Below, in pieces: positions 17,458 to 27,696 of a stretch of 31,230 nt of DNA. Position 1 is the stretch's first letter. The number at the start of each line of letters is the position of its first letter. Origin of the DNA: a virus (Duplodnaviria > Heunggongvirae > Uroviricota > Caudoviricetes); the IMG/VR virus record IMGVR_UViG_2526164634_000010, positions 1 to 31,230 of that record, one strand, 5' to 3'. The position numbers were made by a program, and so were the translations under genes. Under the pieces are notes generated by a model, which was not told the DNA's origin, made no database searches, and worked only from the letters and a program-made list of their open reading frames with translations.

Positions 17458-19029
17458 TTACTGAGAGGTCAGATCAACTTTCCAGGGCAACAGATCGCGT
17501 ACCCGGTTTGCCGGCCAATCCTGGATATGCTCAATGACGTAACGCAGCCATTTTTCTGGTTCCACATTGTTCAGACGGCATGTGCCGATCAGCGAGTACA
17601 ACACCGCCGCATGTTCGCCACCGCTGTCGGAACCCGCGAACAGCCAGTTTTTCCGGCCTACGGCCACTCCCCGTAAGGCGTTCTCTGCGATGTTGTTGTC
17701 GATTTCCACCCAGCCATTACTGCAGTACACGTTCAGGCCATCCCACTGTTTCAGCAGGTATGCGAACGCTTTTGCCGTATCCGAGTGACGCGACAGTGTT
17801 TTCATCTGAGTCTGTATCCAGTCATACAGTGACTGCATCAGTGGCGCAGCTCTGGCTTTTCTTGCCGCCAGACGCTGTTCTGCTGTACATCCCCGGACTT
17901 CTGCCTCTATGGCATACAGTTCACCGATACGCTGCAGGGCTTCCGTGGTGATGTCGGTGGGCACTCTTGCATGCACATCGTGGATTTTTCTCCGGGCATG
18001 AGCCATACACGCGGCTTCCGTTATTCTGCCGGATTCGTATAACACCCGGTAACCACCGTAAGCATCGGCCTGAAGCACACCGCTGTAACCGGCCAGATGA
18101 TTTTGTGGATGGATACCTTTCCGGTCCGGTGAGTACGCGAACCAGACCGCCGGGGGCATTTCCGAACCGGCGTTACGGTCATCACGGACGTAGACCCACA
18201 GCCGGGCGGTCCGGGTTTTACCGCTGCCCGGCTCCTGGACCGGGACGGGGATATCATCAGCATGGACTTTACCGGGCATCAGCACATACTGGCGCAGGAC
18301 GTCATACAGCGGCTCCAGCAGTTCAGCAACGGCACCTGTCCAGCGCCCCAGCGTGGCGCGGCTCAGCTCCACGCCCTGGCGACGGTATATTTCTGACTGG
18401 CGGTATAACGGCAGATGGTCTGCATATTTCCCGGTAACAACATGGGCCAGAAGCCCCGCTCCGGCATAACTGCGTGCAATGGGTTTTGAAGGTACTGTTG
18501 CCTGCACGATATGGTCGCACCGACAACAGGCCAGTTTCGGACGTTGTGTTTCGATAACCTTAAAGGCGCTGCTGATAAGCTCCAGTTGCTCTGACACATC
18601 ACACCCCAGAGGACTGAGGTCACCACCACAGGCCGGGCAGCATTCCTCTTCCGGCCGGATGACCCGGGTTTCACGGGGAAGTGAGGCCGGTAACGGTTTA
18701 CGGGCTGAAGACTGGCGCAGGGCGGATGGCAGTACCGGGTCATATTGCTCACCCAGCGTTTCCGCCATTTCTTCCTGAAGTGCGCTGATTCGCTCCTGTG
18801 CTTCCTGTATCTGCCGTTCGGTTTTAGCGCGAAGTTTTTCTGAGCTTTTACCGAACTGCATGCGCTGCAGTTTCGCAACCAGCGCCTTCAGCCGGTTGAT
18901 TTCGGAAGCATAAGCCGCCACCCGCTGTGAGAGCAGGCGGTTGTATTTCGCCATCTGGCGGATGGTGTCCTGTTGCGTCTGCAACAGTGCCCGCAGGCGG
19001 GCATTCTCATGAGCAAGTGAGGTGTCCAT
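17458..19029 (-). CDS. IS66-family transposase TnpC (orf3)
   Basis: 523 aa; N-terminal coiled-coil, Cys motif CPACGG...CCRCDH and catalytic core typical of IS66 TnpC. Confidence 0.8.
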   Translation of the reverse strand: MDTSLAHENARLRALLQTQQDTIRQMAKYNRLLSQRVAAYASEINRLKALVAKLQRMQFGKSSEKLRAKTERQIQEAQERISALQEEMAETLGEQYDPVLPSALRQSSARKPLPASLPRETRVIRPEEECCPACGGDLSPLGCDVSEQLELISSAFKVIETQRPKLACCRCDHIVQATVPSKPIARSYAGAGLLAHVVTGKYADHLPLYRQSEIYRRQGVELSRATLGRWTGAVAELLEPLYDVLRQYVLMPGKVHADDIPVPVQEPGSGKTRTARLWVYVRDDRNAGSEMPPAVWFAYSPDRKGIHPQNHLAGYSGVLQADAYGGYRVLYESGRITEAACMAHARRKIHDVHARVPTDITTEALQRIGELYAIEAEVRGCTAEQRLAARKARAAPLMQSLYDWIQTQMKTLSRHSDTAKAFAYLLKQWDGLNVYCSNGWVEIDNNIAENALRGVAVGRKNWLFAGSDSGGEHAAVLYSLIGTCRLNNVEPEKWLRYVIEHIQDWPANRVRDLLPWKVDLTSQ

Positions 19030-19048
19030 ATCCTCACTTTACAACGGG

Positions 19049-19396
19049 TTATATGCGGATGCCAGCGCGTTCCGTTCGTTTCGGGTGCTTCCAGTCGATG
19101 CCTTCGAGAAGCATGGACAACTGAGCCGGAGTAAGGTGAACCTTTCCATCGCGGGTGACCGGCCAGACGAAGCGGCCCCGCTCCAGGCGTTTGGTGAAGA
19201 GGCACAGTCCGTCACTGTCAGCCCACAGCACTTTTATCTGGTCACCCCGGCGTCCGCGGAAGATGAACAGATGCCCGGAGAACGGGTCATCCTTCAGGAC
19301 GTTCTGAACTTTTGAGGCCAGGCCGTTAAAACCATTTCGCATATCGGTGATACCGGCAACCAGCCAGATACGCGAACCGGCAGGGAGAGATATCAT
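19049..19396 (-). CDS. IS66-family TnpB (orf2)
   Basis: 115 aa; MISLPAGSRIWLVAGITDMRNGFNGL matches the remembered IS66 Orf2 family. Confidence 0.8.
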   Translation of the reverse strand: MISLPAGSRIWLVAGITDMRNGFNGLASKVQNVLKDDPFSGHLFIFRGRRGDQIKVLWADSDGLCLFTKRLERGRFVWPVTRDGKVHLTPAQLSMLLEGIDWKHPKRTERAGIRI

Positions 19397-20046
19397 CAGT
19401 GGCTGCTCCCTTTCATTTCGCGGATAAGTGTCTGTAATAACGCCGGTGTCAGTTCACCTTTCAGCCTGAGAGTTCCGGCCGGCAGAACCAGCTCGCAGCA
19501 CAGACTGTCTGGCAGTGTATTTATCTGTTCAGGTATCTGCACTGGTGCCGGGATTTTATTATCCGGCTCCGGAGTTAACGTCACGGGAAGTAGCGATGTT
19601 TCATGTTCGCCGGGCGGTTGCAGGCCACCGTTACGCCAGAGATGCCGCCAGTTAAAGAGCAGGTTATCGTTAATTCCATTCTCTCGAGCTATTTGTGCGA
19701 CACAGGCACCGGGTAAAAGAGTTTGCTGAACCAGTCTCCATTTAAACTCCGGTGAAAATCGGTTCCGGCGGGGTTTCTCTGCTTTCACAGGCTGAGTCAC
19801 GGTCGGGGCTGAAGGGTATCGCCCCGGGAAAAGAGCCCGGGCCAGTTGCCCGCAGGAATATTCACCGGAAAGAGGCCAGTCAGTGAATACCTGGTGAAAT
19901 CGCCTCACCAGAGAAAAAATGGCGGTTTTGCTGACACCAGTCTGCGCAGAAATGCGCGGGTACGACAGTGACTCGTCAAATCTCAGCTGTAGCACACGCA
20001 GGATCAATTCTGGATTATCTGCCAGTACCGCTTTTCGTGCATTCAT
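19396..20046 (-). CDS. IS66-family TnpA (orf1), HTH protein
   Basis: 216 aa; first ORF of the IS66 operon; overlaps orf2 start. Confidence 0.7.
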   Translation of the reverse strand: MNARKAVLADNPELILRVLQLRFDESLSYPRISAQTGVSKTAIFSLVRRFHQVFTDWPLSGEYSCGQLARALFPGRYPSAPTVTQPVKAEKPRRNRFSPEFKWRLVQQTLLPGACVAQIARENGINDNLLFNWRHLWRNGGLQPPGEHETSLLPVTLTPEPDNKIPAPVQIPEQINTLPDSLCCELVLPAGTLRLKGELTPALLQTLIREMKGSSH

Positions 20047-20131
20047 CTTAAATGTCCTTTTACTGCGAAAATGGACATTAGTATCGGAAACAGGAAAGGG
20101 AGGCGAAAGACGGTTTAAATGATGCGCTTAC

Positions 20132-20140
20132 ACAAGGTTC
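20132..20140. repeat. target-site duplication, right copy (acaaggttc)
   Basis: Identical to 17419-17427. Confidence 0.7.
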
Positions 20141-20260
20141 GCTATGGCGAACTTTTTTTGTATTCAGGGCCCACCGAAGGACGGCTCATAACCCAATCCT
20201 ACGGGCGTATACGCAGGGCCCGCCTTTCAACAACACCCCGTAATGGCGGAGGTGGGAAGT

Positions 20261-20602
20261 ATGAAAATGCACAATGCTCCTCATTCCTGGCCTGACTTAC
20301 TGGAACTCTTACAAAGTTGGTGGCGTGGAGATACGCCGTTGGGCGCAGTGGTTATGTCAATTGTTATGGCTGGCTTGCGCATTGCCTATTTTGGCGGTGG
20401 CGGCGGCTGGAAACGAAAAACGCTTGAGATTTTGCTCTGTGGTGCTCTGACGCTGACCTTTGCATCCGCTCTTGAGTATGTTGGATGGCCTAAATCTCTT
20501 TCTGTTGCCATTGGTGGTGGTGTTGGGCTGATCGGTGTCGATGCTATTCGTGGGGCTGCAATGCGAGTAATCGGTAACAAGTTTGGTGGCTCTAAGGAGT
20601 AA
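20261..20602 (+). CDS. class I holin with dual-start motif (lambda S-like organisation)
   Basis: GGAGGTG RBS then ATG-AAA-ATG (MKM) at 20261/20267; hydrophobic segments; an upstream in-frame ATG at 20243 is less likely; directly precedes the endolysin. Confidence 0.75.
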   Translation: MKMHNAPHSWPDLLELLQSWWRGDTPLGAVVMSIVMAGLRIAYFGGGGGWKRKTLEILLCGALTLTFASALEYVGWPKSLSVAIGGGVGLIGVDAIRGAAMRVIGNKFGGSKE

Positions 20603-20605
20603 TTC

Positions 20606-21082
20606 ATGCAGACACTAAATTCCCAACGCAAAGCTTTCCTGGATATGGTGGCATGGTCAGAAGGAACGGATAACGGGCGACAACCGACACGTAATCACGG
20701 TTATGACGTTATCGTCGGAGGTGAGTTGTTCACTGATTACTCCGATCACCCTCGCAAACTTGTCACGCTAAACCCGAAGCTTAAATCAACAGCCGCAGGC
20801 CGGTATCAGCTTCTTTCACGCTGGTGGGATGCCTACCGCAAGCAGCTTGGCCTGAAAGATTTTTCGCCAGAAAGTCAGGACGCTGTGGCGCTGCAGCAGA
20901 TTAAAGAGCGTGGCGCTTTACCGATGATTGACCGTGGCGATATTCGTCAGGCAATCGACCGTTGCAGCAATATCTGGGCGTCGTTACCTGGTGCAGGTTA
21001 CGGTCAGTATGAACATAAAATCGGTGACCTGATTTCCAGGTTTAAAGATGCTGGTGGGGTGGTAAATGAAGCTGACTTATAA
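20606..21082 (+). CDS. R: lambda R-type endolysin (lytic transglycosylase)
   Basis: 158 aa, near-identical over long stretches to remembered lambda R (QRKAFLDM.AWSEGTDNGRQ.TRNHGYDVIVGGELFTDYSDHPRKLVTLNPKLKST); AAGGAG RBS. Confidence 0.9.
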   Translation: MQTLNSQRKAFLDMVAWSEGTDNGRQPTRNHGYDVIVGGELFTDYSDHPRKLVTLNPKLKSTAAGRYQLLSRWWDAYRKQLGLKDFSPESQDAVALQQIKERGALPMIDRGDIRQAIDRCSNIWASLPGAGYGQYEHKIGDLISRFKDAGGVVNEADL

Positions 21083-21590
21083 GATTGTCATCGCGGCATT
21101 TTTCTTCTCTGCCTTTGGGGCGCTCGTCTGGTCTGCAAACCATTACCACAGCAAGTATCAGGCAGAAAAGTTGCGGGCTGATAAAGCGGAAGGTGAAGCT
21201 GAATATCAAGGGAAAGTGATAGCTAATCAGGCATTAAACTTCAATCGTTTTAACCAGATAGCAGAAAACGCAAGCCGATTAAATTCTCTGGTCGACATCG
21301 GTCACGAGAAGACAGTCATCAAATACCGTGAGGTTCTGCTCCGTGAAAAGAACTGTGATTTCCCTGTTCCTGTTGATATTGCTGTCGGGTTGCTCAACTA
21401 CGCGAACCGTTTACGCGCCAGCGCATTGCACGCCGATTCCGGGGACATTGACTCAGCCGGTGATCGTGCCACTACCACCAGAACGTTGACATATTGCCAG
21501 GCTGTTCTGTGGATTAACCCACTGTTGGCAGCCATCGAGAAGGCGAATAACCAGTTGGCTGGTGTCCGACAAATAGAACAGTCCCGGTAA
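21066..21590 (+). CDS. Rz: Rz-like i-spanin
   Basis: 174 aa; N-terminal TM helix then coiled-coil periplasmic domain; overlaps endolysin 3' end; contains embedded +1-frame lipoprotein ORF. Confidence 0.7.
   Translation: MKLTYKIVIAAFFFSAFGALVWSANHYHSKYQAEKLRADKAEGEAEYQGKVIANQALNFNRFNQIAENASRLNSLVDIGHEKTVIKYREVLLREKNCDFPVPVDIAVGLLNYANRLRASALHADSGDIDSAGDRATTTRTLTYCQAVLWINPLLAAIEKANNQLAGVRQIEQSR
21343..21489 (+). CDS. Rz1: Rz1-like o-spanin lipoprotein embedded in Rz (+1 frame)
   Basis: Manual read: GTG 21343, VKRTVISLFLLILLSGCSTTRTVYAPAHCTPIPGTLTQPVIVPLPPER, TGA at 21487-21489; lipobox LLSGC and Pro-rich mature part; alternative in-frame GTG at 21328. Confidence 0.55.
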   Translation: MKRTVISLFLLILLSGCSTTRTVYAPAHCTPIPGTLTQPVIVPLPPER

Positions 21591-21651
21591 TAGCATTACA
21601 GAAGCTCTTCCAGGAGGGGCTTCGATAATGACCTGATAACTGGAAAATAAA

Positions 21652-22224
21652 ATGACTAAGAAGCTGAAAGCAAAACACGAGGTGTTTTGTCGCGAGTTTC
21701 TTGTCGATCTGAATGCTACACAAGCAGCTATTCGCGCAGGCTACGTCTCCAGGCGAGCACATGTTACGGGGGCTGAACTATACGGTAAACCTGAGATACG
21801 CGCCCGTATTAACGAGCTAAAGCAGGAGCGTATTGATCAACTGGGCATTGATGCTAATTATGTGCTGATGCGACTGGTTGAGATCGACAGGCTCGATGTG
21901 GCTGACATCCTGGAGGACGATTTAAGTATTAAGCCTCTGTCTGCGTGGCCGGAATCGTGGCGTCGGTACCTGAGTGGATTTAACCTCGCTGAAATGTTTG
22001 AGGGGCGAGGAGATGACAGAGAAATGGTCGGGATCCTTAAAAAGATTAAGTGGCCTGATAAGGTTAAAAACCTTGAGTTGCTTGGGCGTCATGTTTCTGT
22101 TCAGGCGTTTAAAGACAACGTCAAAAATGAAGTGACTGGCGCTGATGGAGGACCCGTCAGAACAGAAATTACCAACTTAACGCCGGAGCAGGCTGCAGAG
22201 GCGTATAGAAAAATGATGGGCTAA
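21652..22224 (+). CDS. terminase small subunit
   Basis: 190 aa directly upstream of the large terminase; N-terminal HTH-like region ([16 protein letters not shown]) typical of small terminase. Confidence 0.65.
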   Translation: MTKKLKAKHEVFCREFLVDLNATQAAIRAGYVSRRAHVTGAELYGKPEIRARINELKQERIDQLGIDANYVLMRLVEIDRLDVADILEDDLSIKPLSAWPESWRRYLSGFNLAEMFEGRGDDREMVGILKKIKWPDKVKNLELLGRHVSVQAFKDNVKNEVTGADGGPVRTEITNLTPEQAAEAYRKMMG

Positions 22225-22226
22225 GT

Positions 22227-23849
22227 ATGCCGTTACCATTCCCCTTCGATTTTAAACATCCTGATTACCAGATGGTTTTTGAATGGCGGATGGAACGCCT
22301 ACAGCGCATTCGCCAGAATCCTGAAATATTGCCCGTATTGAAGCAGTTTTACCGAACCAATCCGGCTCAGTTCATCATCGACTGGGGCATGACAACGGAC
22401 CCGCGTAATATTGATTATGGCCTGCCGGTGACCATTCCGTTTTTACTCTTCCCTAAGCAGGAGGAGTGGATCCACTGGATTATGGAACGCTGGGGCAATC
22501 GGGAGAATGGTATTACCGAAAAATCCCGTGAAATGGGGCTCAGTTGGACCGCGATCGGACTGGCCTGCTCGCTTTGTCTCTTCAACAAAGAAATGGTTAT
22601 CGGTTTCGGCTCCCGTAAAGAGGAATACGTCGACAGCACTGGTGACCCGAAAGCATTGTTCTGGAAGGCACGCAAGTTCGTGGAAACGCTACCTGTAGAG
22701 TTTCGCGGTTCGTGGAGCGAGAAGAAGCACGCGCCATATATGCGTGTTGAGTTTCCTGAAACTGGTGCCGTTATCAAAGGCGAGGCTGGCGATAATATTG
22801 GTCGTGGTGACCGTACCACGCTTTATCTGGTTGATGAGGCTGCATTCCTTCAGCGTCCTCTGCTGATTGATGCGGCGTTGTCACAAACGACGCGTTGCCG
22901 TATCGACCTGAGTTCAGTTAACGGCATGGCTAACCCGTTCGCTCAGAAGCGTCATGGCGGGAAGATACCGGTATTCACATTCCACTGGCGGGATGATCCT
23001 CGCAAGGATGAAGAGTGGTATCGCAGGGAATGCGAGAAAATCGATAATCCGGTGGTGGTGGCACAGGAACTTGATCTGAACTACAGCGCATCAGCGGAAG
23101 GCGTTCTGATTCCATCCGAATGGGTACAGGCTGCCGTTGATGCGCATATCAAACTGGGTATCCAGCCAACAGGCAAACGACTTGGCGCGATGGATGTCGC
23201 CGACGAAGGCAGGGACAAAAATGCCTTTTCCACCCGTCATGGCTTCCTCCTGGAAAATGTGCGGGAATGGTCCGGTGTGGGCAGCGACATTTATCAGTCC
23301 GTCGAGAAGGTTTTCGGCTTTTGCGAACAGGACAACCTCGAAGAGTTTCGCTTTGACGAGGACGGGCTGGGCGCTGGCGTTCGCGGCGATGCACGCGCTA
23401 TCAACGAACTGCGTAACGCTGCGCGTCGACCGTCAATACTTGCCACACCGTTTCGAGGTAGTGGCGCGGTATTTGATCCGGATGATGAAGCTGTTCGCGG
23501 GGACAACGGGCAAGCCGCACGTCTGAACAAGGACTTCTTCGCTAACGCCAAAGCCCAGAGCTGGTGGCGGTTACGTAAACTTTTTCAGAATACCTGGCGC
23601 GCCGTGGTTGAAGGTATGGCTTACAACCCGGACGAAATCATCTCAATCAGCAGTAGCATGGCACTCAAAGATAAACTCATCATCGAGCTTTCGCAGCCGA
23701 CCTATTCCATTAATGGTGTGGGAAAAATCGTTATTGATAAACAGCCTGATGGAACCCGATCGCCAAACCTTGCCGACTCGGTGATGATCAACTATGCCCC
23801 AATGAATTCAGCCCTGAACATCTGGGAGCTGCTAGGGAGACAGGCCTGA
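22227..23849 (+). CDS. terminase large subunit
   Basis: 540 aa; position between small terminase and portal; ATPase/nuclease two-domain size; Walker B-like LYLVDEAAF. Confidence 0.75.
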   Translation: MPLPFPFDFKHPDYQMVFEWRMERLQRIRQNPEILPVLKQFYRTNPAQFIIDWGMTTDPRNIDYGLPVTIPFLLFPKQEEWIHWIMERWGNRENGITEKSREMGLSWTAIGLACSLCLFNKEMVIGFGSRKEEYVDSTGDPKALFWKARKFVETLPVEFRGSWSEKKHAPYMRVEFPETGAVIKGEAGDNIGRGDRTTLYLVDEAAFLQRPLLIDAALSQTTRCRIDLSSVNGMANPFAQKRHGGKIPVFTFHWRDDPRKDEEWYRRECEKIDNPVVVAQELDLNYSASAEGVLIPSEWVQAAVDAHIKLGIQPTGKRLGAMDVADEGRDKNAFSTRHGFLLENVREWSGVGSDIYQSVEKVFGFCEQDNLEEFRFDEDGLGAGVRGDARAINELRNAARRPSILATPFRGSGAVFDPDDEAVRGDNGQAARLNKDFFANAKAQSWWRLRKLFQNTWRAVVEGMAYNPDEIISISSSMALKDKLIIELSQPTYSINGVGKIVIDKQPDGTRSPNLADSVMINYAPMNSALNIWELLGRQA

Positions 23850-25315
23850 TGGCACGAAACAAACAAGCCCTGCGGCGAACTGCGCAGGCCACAGCTGATG
23901 GTTATGAGAATTTTATTGCCCGCGTAGGGATGCAGACACCTAACCAGCACTCAGCATCCACCTACCGGGCTAATTTCACCAGTCGTAACCGCATGCTGGT
24001 GGAATGGTCCTATCGTTCATCCTGGATCATCGGCGAAGCAGTCGATGCTATCCCGGATGATATGACCCGCAAAGGCATTCGCATCACGTCGGAAATTGAT
24101 GCAAAAGATCGTGGCATTCTCGAATCACAACTGGATGAGTTGCAAATCTGGGATGCGCTGAATGACGTGCTGAAATGGTCGCGCCTCTACGGCGGCGCGG
24201 TGGGTTTCATCATGATTGAGGGGCAGGCACCAATGACCCTGCTGCGACCCGAAACCATCGGTAAGGGCAAGTTTAAGGGGATTCTCCCGCTCGACCGCTG
24301 GATGATCGACCCGGTACTGACCCGCCGCATTAAAGATATGGGGCCGGACCTGGGTAAACCTGAGTTTTACGATGTGGTGACCACAGCAACGGGAATTCCT
24401 GCCTGGCGCATTCATCACAGTCGCCTGATTCGCTTTGATGGCGTCACGCTGCCATTTCAGCAGAAGATGACCGAGAACGAATGGGGAATGTCGGTTGTAG
24501 AGCGTATCTGGGATCGTCTTACCGCGTTCGACAGCGCTACTGTCGGCGCGGCGCAGCTGGTCTACAAGGCGCATCTGCGCACCTACAGCGTGGAGAAGCT
24601 ACGCGAGCTTATCGCACTTGGTGGTCCTGCGTATGAAGCGTTGCTGAAGAATATCGACCTGATTCGACAGTTCCAGAGCAATGAAGGTATGACACTCATG
24701 GACTCGCGGGATAAGTTTGAAACGCATCAGTACAGCTTCAGTGGTCTGGATGACATCCTTTCGCAGTTTGCAGAACAGATTAGTGGCGCTGTTGGTATCC
24801 CACTGGTGCGGTTGTTCGGACAGTCCCCGAAAGGATTTCCTACCGGCGATGCAGACCTTGCCAACTATTACGACCGGGTAAGCTCGTTACAGGAGAGGCG
24901 TTTACGTCTTCCGGTGCGGCGGATACTGGACATCATGCATCGTTCGGAGCTTGGCAAGCCGCTGCCGGACGATTTCACGTTTGAGTTTAACCCGCTCTGG
25001 CAAATGTCTGATGTCGATCGCTCAACGGTGGCGTTAAACACTACCAACGCAATCAGTACGGCGCTGGGTGATGGTCTGATGACACTGAAAGCCGCTATGA
25101 CTGATTTGCGCGAAAATTCTGACGTAACCGGCATCGGGGCATCCATTACCGACGAGGACATCGAGAATGCCGAAGATGAAGCGCCGCCCGGCATCGGCGA
25201 ATCTGATGACGAACCGCAGGAACCGTCAGGCGGAAATCCGCTATCGAACCAGCCTACGCAGGATAGCGCGGGCGGTCGGAGACATCGTAAATGGTCGCTA
25301 CGATGGTTCAAATGA
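23849..25315 (+). CDS. portal protein
   Basis: 488 aa; start overlaps terminase stop; acidic C-terminal tail; canonical position. Confidence 0.7.
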   Translation: MARNKQALRRTAQATADGYENFIARVGMQTPNQHSASTYRANFTSRNRMLVEWSYRSSWIIGEAVDAIPDDMTRKGIRITSEIDAKDRGILESQLDELQIWDALNDVLKWSRLYGGAVGFIMIEGQAPMTLLRPETIGKGKFKGILPLDRWMIDPVLTRRIKDMGPDLGKPEFYDVVTTATGIPAWRIHHSRLIRFDGVTLPFQQKMTENEWGMSVVERIWDRLTAFDSATVGAAQLVYKAHLRTYSVEKLRELIALGGPAYEALLKNIDLIRQFQSNEGMTLMDSRDKFETHQYSFSGLDDILSQFAEQISGAVGIPLVRLFGQSPKGFPTGDADLANYYDRVSSLQERRLRLPVRRILDIMHRSELGKPLPDDFTFEFNPLWQMSDVDRSTVALNTTNAISTALGDGLMTLKAAMTDLRENSDVTGIGASITDEDIENAEDEAPPGIGESDDEPQEPSGGNPLSNQPTQDSAGGRRHRKWSLRWFK

Positions 25316-25940
25316 CAGTATCACGGAAATTATTGAGGCGCTGGAACGCTACAGTGAAATCATCACCCCCTGGGCGACAAAGGTCGCGGAAAACTTTACT
25401 GCGGACCTAACCCGGCAGAACGAGAAAGTTTGGCGGCAACACAGCAAGAACATCAGTCGCGAGCTCCGCAATCTTGTGGAAAGCGCTCCTGTGGGCCAGG
25501 TGATGCAATCCATCATCGCCGAACAGGTCAAGTACATCAAATCGCTCCCCCTCGAGGCGGCTGACAGGGTGTACGACATCCAGAATCGGGCGACAGAAGC
25601 TGTTGTGACCGGTGGGAGAGCAGAATATTTTGCTAAAGAAATAGCCGCATCGGGTGATATAGCAAAGTCCAGAGCTGACCTGATTGCCCGTACTGAACTT
25701 GGACGTGCAACCGGCGCGCTGGATCAGGCGCGTGCGCTGTCAATTGGTTCGAATAGTTATATCTGGCGTACAGCCGAAGATGGTGACGTCAGGCATTCTC
25801 ATCGGGAAATGGAAGGTAAATTTGTCGAATGGGGCAAACCTCCAACGCTTGACGGCATGACAGGTCACGCTGGCGAGCTCCCGAATTGTCGCTGTTATAA
25901 AGAAATCGTTTTTCCCACCTCCCAATCTTATCCCGCCTGA
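25167..25940 (+). CDS. head morphogenesis protein (Mu F/SPP1 gp7-like); start uncertain
   Basis: 257 aa; C-terminal WRTAEDGDVRHSHREMEGKFVEW...CRC motif typical of the F-like minor head family; first ATG (25167, GAGGA RBS) gives 149-nt overlap with portal; alternative ATG at 25206. Confidence 0.65.
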   Translation: MPKMKRRPASANLMTNRRNRQAEIRYRTSLRRIARAVGDIVNGRYDGSNDSITEIIEALERYSEIITPWATKVAENFTADLTRQNEKVWRQHSKNISRELRNLVESAPVGQVMQSIIAEQVKYIKSLPLEAADRVYDIQNRATEAVVTGGRAEYFAKEIAASGDIAKSRADLIARTELGRATGALDQARALSIGSNSYIWRTAEDGDVRHSHREMEGKFVEWGKPPTLDGMTGHAGELPNCRCYKEIVFPTSQSYPA

Positions 25941-25954
25941 ATCGCAGGTAACAC

Positions 25955-27175
25955 ATGAAATATTTTTTCAATACCCGGCTGGGGGAAACCCGCTATCAGC
26001 TGGCTGACGGCTCGTTGCTGTGCAGAGACGTGCCGATAGGACGAACAGGTAAGCAGCTCTATGGTGCTGATGACCTGCCAAAACTGAAACCCGATAAGTT
26101 CGGTGAAATAGTCGTCACGCGTTCTCCTGAGCAGGTATTCCATCCGGCCACGCTTGCCTCATTCGAAGGGATGAGCATCACGATTCTGCATCCTGAAGAT
26201 GAAAACGGGAATGTGCGGCTGGTAAATCCCGAGAACTGGAAAGAGCTTGCTGTCGGGCACCTCCAGAATGTCCGGCGCGGGACGGGTGAGCAGTCTGATT
26301 TGATGCTGGCTGACCTTATCGTCAAAGACGAAAACGCCATTCAGCTTATCGAAGATGGCCTGCGCGAAGTGTCGTGCGGCTATGACGCGGAGTACGAGCA
26401 GACCGAGCCAGGTAAAGCTGAGCAGGTCGATATTACCGGAAACCATGTGGCTCTTGTCCCTAAAGGCAGAGCCGGAAATCGTTGTGCAATTGGAGACAGA
26501 GACACAATGGCAAATCAAAAGAAAAACTGGTGGAACCGCATGCGTGCGGCCATCAAGACAGGAGATGCCGACACCATGAACGAACTGGTGGAGTCGGCTC
26601 CCGCATCGGTTACAGGAGATGAGGGGGATTTGCCGCAGGGCGTTAATCTCAATATCAACCTGTCCCCGCAGCAACCACTACCGGACAAAGCACCAGAGAT
26701 GGGGGAAGGCCCAACCGGCGACAGTGATGATGACCTCAAAACATTACTGAAAGCCCTGCTGGCTAAGCTGGAAGGAAATGCCACGGGCGATAACGATAAT
26801 AAGCCTGACGATAATCCGACCGGTGACGGCGAGGACGATGAAGAGGAAACCACGATTACTGGTGACTCAGCCTGGCGTGCCGAAGTTATTGTTCCGGGTA
26901 TCGATCTGAGCCGTAAGATGAAACCGACCGCGTTCAAACGCGAGGTTCTGGCTTCCGCTGACAAAACGCTGGTTCGCCAGATAGTCGGTGATGCGGATAT
27001 CCGCAAATTGCCGAAACAATCGGTCGACATGGCGTTTAATGCCGTGTCTGAGATTGCCAAAGGGCGAAACACCCGCGCCACCACCGGCGATGCACAGCGC
27101 CTAAACATGGGCATGACCAGTATCGCTTCCCTGAACAAACAAAACGCTGAATTCTGGGCAAACCGTAAAGGGTAA
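25955..27175 (+). CDS. scaffolding protein / prohead protease-like (DUF2213-like)
   Basis: 406 aa; acidic low-complexity middle region (GD/ED-rich); between head-morphogenesis and capsid genes. Confidence 0.55.
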   Translation: MKYFFNTRLGETRYQLADGSLLCRDVPIGRTGKQLYGADDLPKLKPDKFGEIVVTRSPEQVFHPATLASFEGMSITILHPEDENGNVRLVNPENWKELAVGHLQNVRRGTGEQSDLMLADLIVKDENAIQLIEDGLREVSCGYDAEYEQTEPGKAEQVDITGNHVALVPKGRAGNRCAIGDRDTMANQKKNWWNRMRAAIKTGDADTMNELVESAPASVTGDEGDLPQGVNLNINLSPQQPLPDKAPEMGEGPTGDSDDDLKTLLKALLAKLEGNATGDNDNKPDDNPTGDGEDDEEETTITGDSAWRAEVIVPGIDLSRKMKPTAFKREVLASADKTLVRQIVGDADIRKLPKQSVDMAFNAVSEIAKGRNTRATTGDAQRLNMGMTSIASLNKQNAEFWANRKG

Positions 27176-27178
27176 AAA

Positions 27179-27685
27179 ATGAATAATGTATTTCTGTACC
27201 GGATGCCTGTTGGTATTGCCGGGGCTGTCTCTCGCCCGCAGGACTTAACCGTCGAACCGGTGGTCCTTAAATCCGATAACGCCTTCGCTGCCTATGGGCT
27301 GGCTGGTAAATACGATGATGACGGTTTTTTCGTGCCGCTGGCAGATGGTGATACCGCAGACAAGGTGAAGGGGATCTACGTGCGCCCTTATCCGACCACG
27401 TCGCAGCCGGACATGGTTCGCCAGGTGGGAACAGGCAAGAACTTCCCGGGCGACGCCATGAAGCGTGGCTACGTGACCGTTAATCTCGGTTCTGATTTTG
27501 ATGCCAGCACTATCAAAAAAGGCGACCCGGTATACGTTGTCGTCTCCACTGATGAATCCATCAAAGTGCCGCTGGGTGGATTCATGTCCACGTCAGTCAG
27601 TGGCAAAAATGTGGTGCTGACCAACGCTGAATTCACAGGTGCCGGTGATGCTAACGGCAATGCAGAAATTTCCTGGAAGATTTAA
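27179..27685 (+). CDS. head structural/decoration protein (DUF2190-like)
   Basis: 168 aa immediately upstream of major capsid gene; good RBS. Confidence 0.5.
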   Translation: MNNVFLYRMPVGIAGAVSRPQDLTVEPVVLKSDNAFAAYGLAGKYDDDGFFVPLADGDTADKVKGIYVRPYPTTSQPDMVRQVGTGKNFPGDAMKRGYVTVNLGSDFDASTIKKGDPVYVVVSTDESIKVPLGGFMSTSVSGKNVVLTNAEFTGAGDANGNAEISWKI

Positions 27686-27696
27686 GGAACAGACGA

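Larger units (their letters stand above)
17428..20131 (-). mobile_element. IS66-family insertion sequence (2704 bp) with three transposase ORFs
   Basis: Both ends begin GTAAGCG (imperfect terminal inverted repeats); flanked by identical direct repeat acaaggttc at 17419-17427 and 20132-20140; the three-ORF layout is typical of IS66. Confidence 0.8.

Noticed and set aside
16731-20242. Toxin (stx-like) or tRNA cargo between Q and the holin, as found in some lambdoid prophages
   Set aside because: The interval holds only short frame-split ORFs, terminators and the IS66 element; no ORF of toxin size or composition and no tRNA-like structure was seen.
20243-20260. Holin starting at the first in-frame ATG (20243)
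   Set aside because: The GGAGG ribosome-binding site lies downstream of that ATG and is correctly spaced for the MKM dual-start at 20261/20267, matching the lambda S arrangement.
26515-27138. 207-aa antisense ORF opposite the scaffold gene
   Set aside because: It is the mirror of the acidic, repetitive sense-strand coding region; the translation is Ser/Pro/Ala-rich and low-complexity, with no start context.
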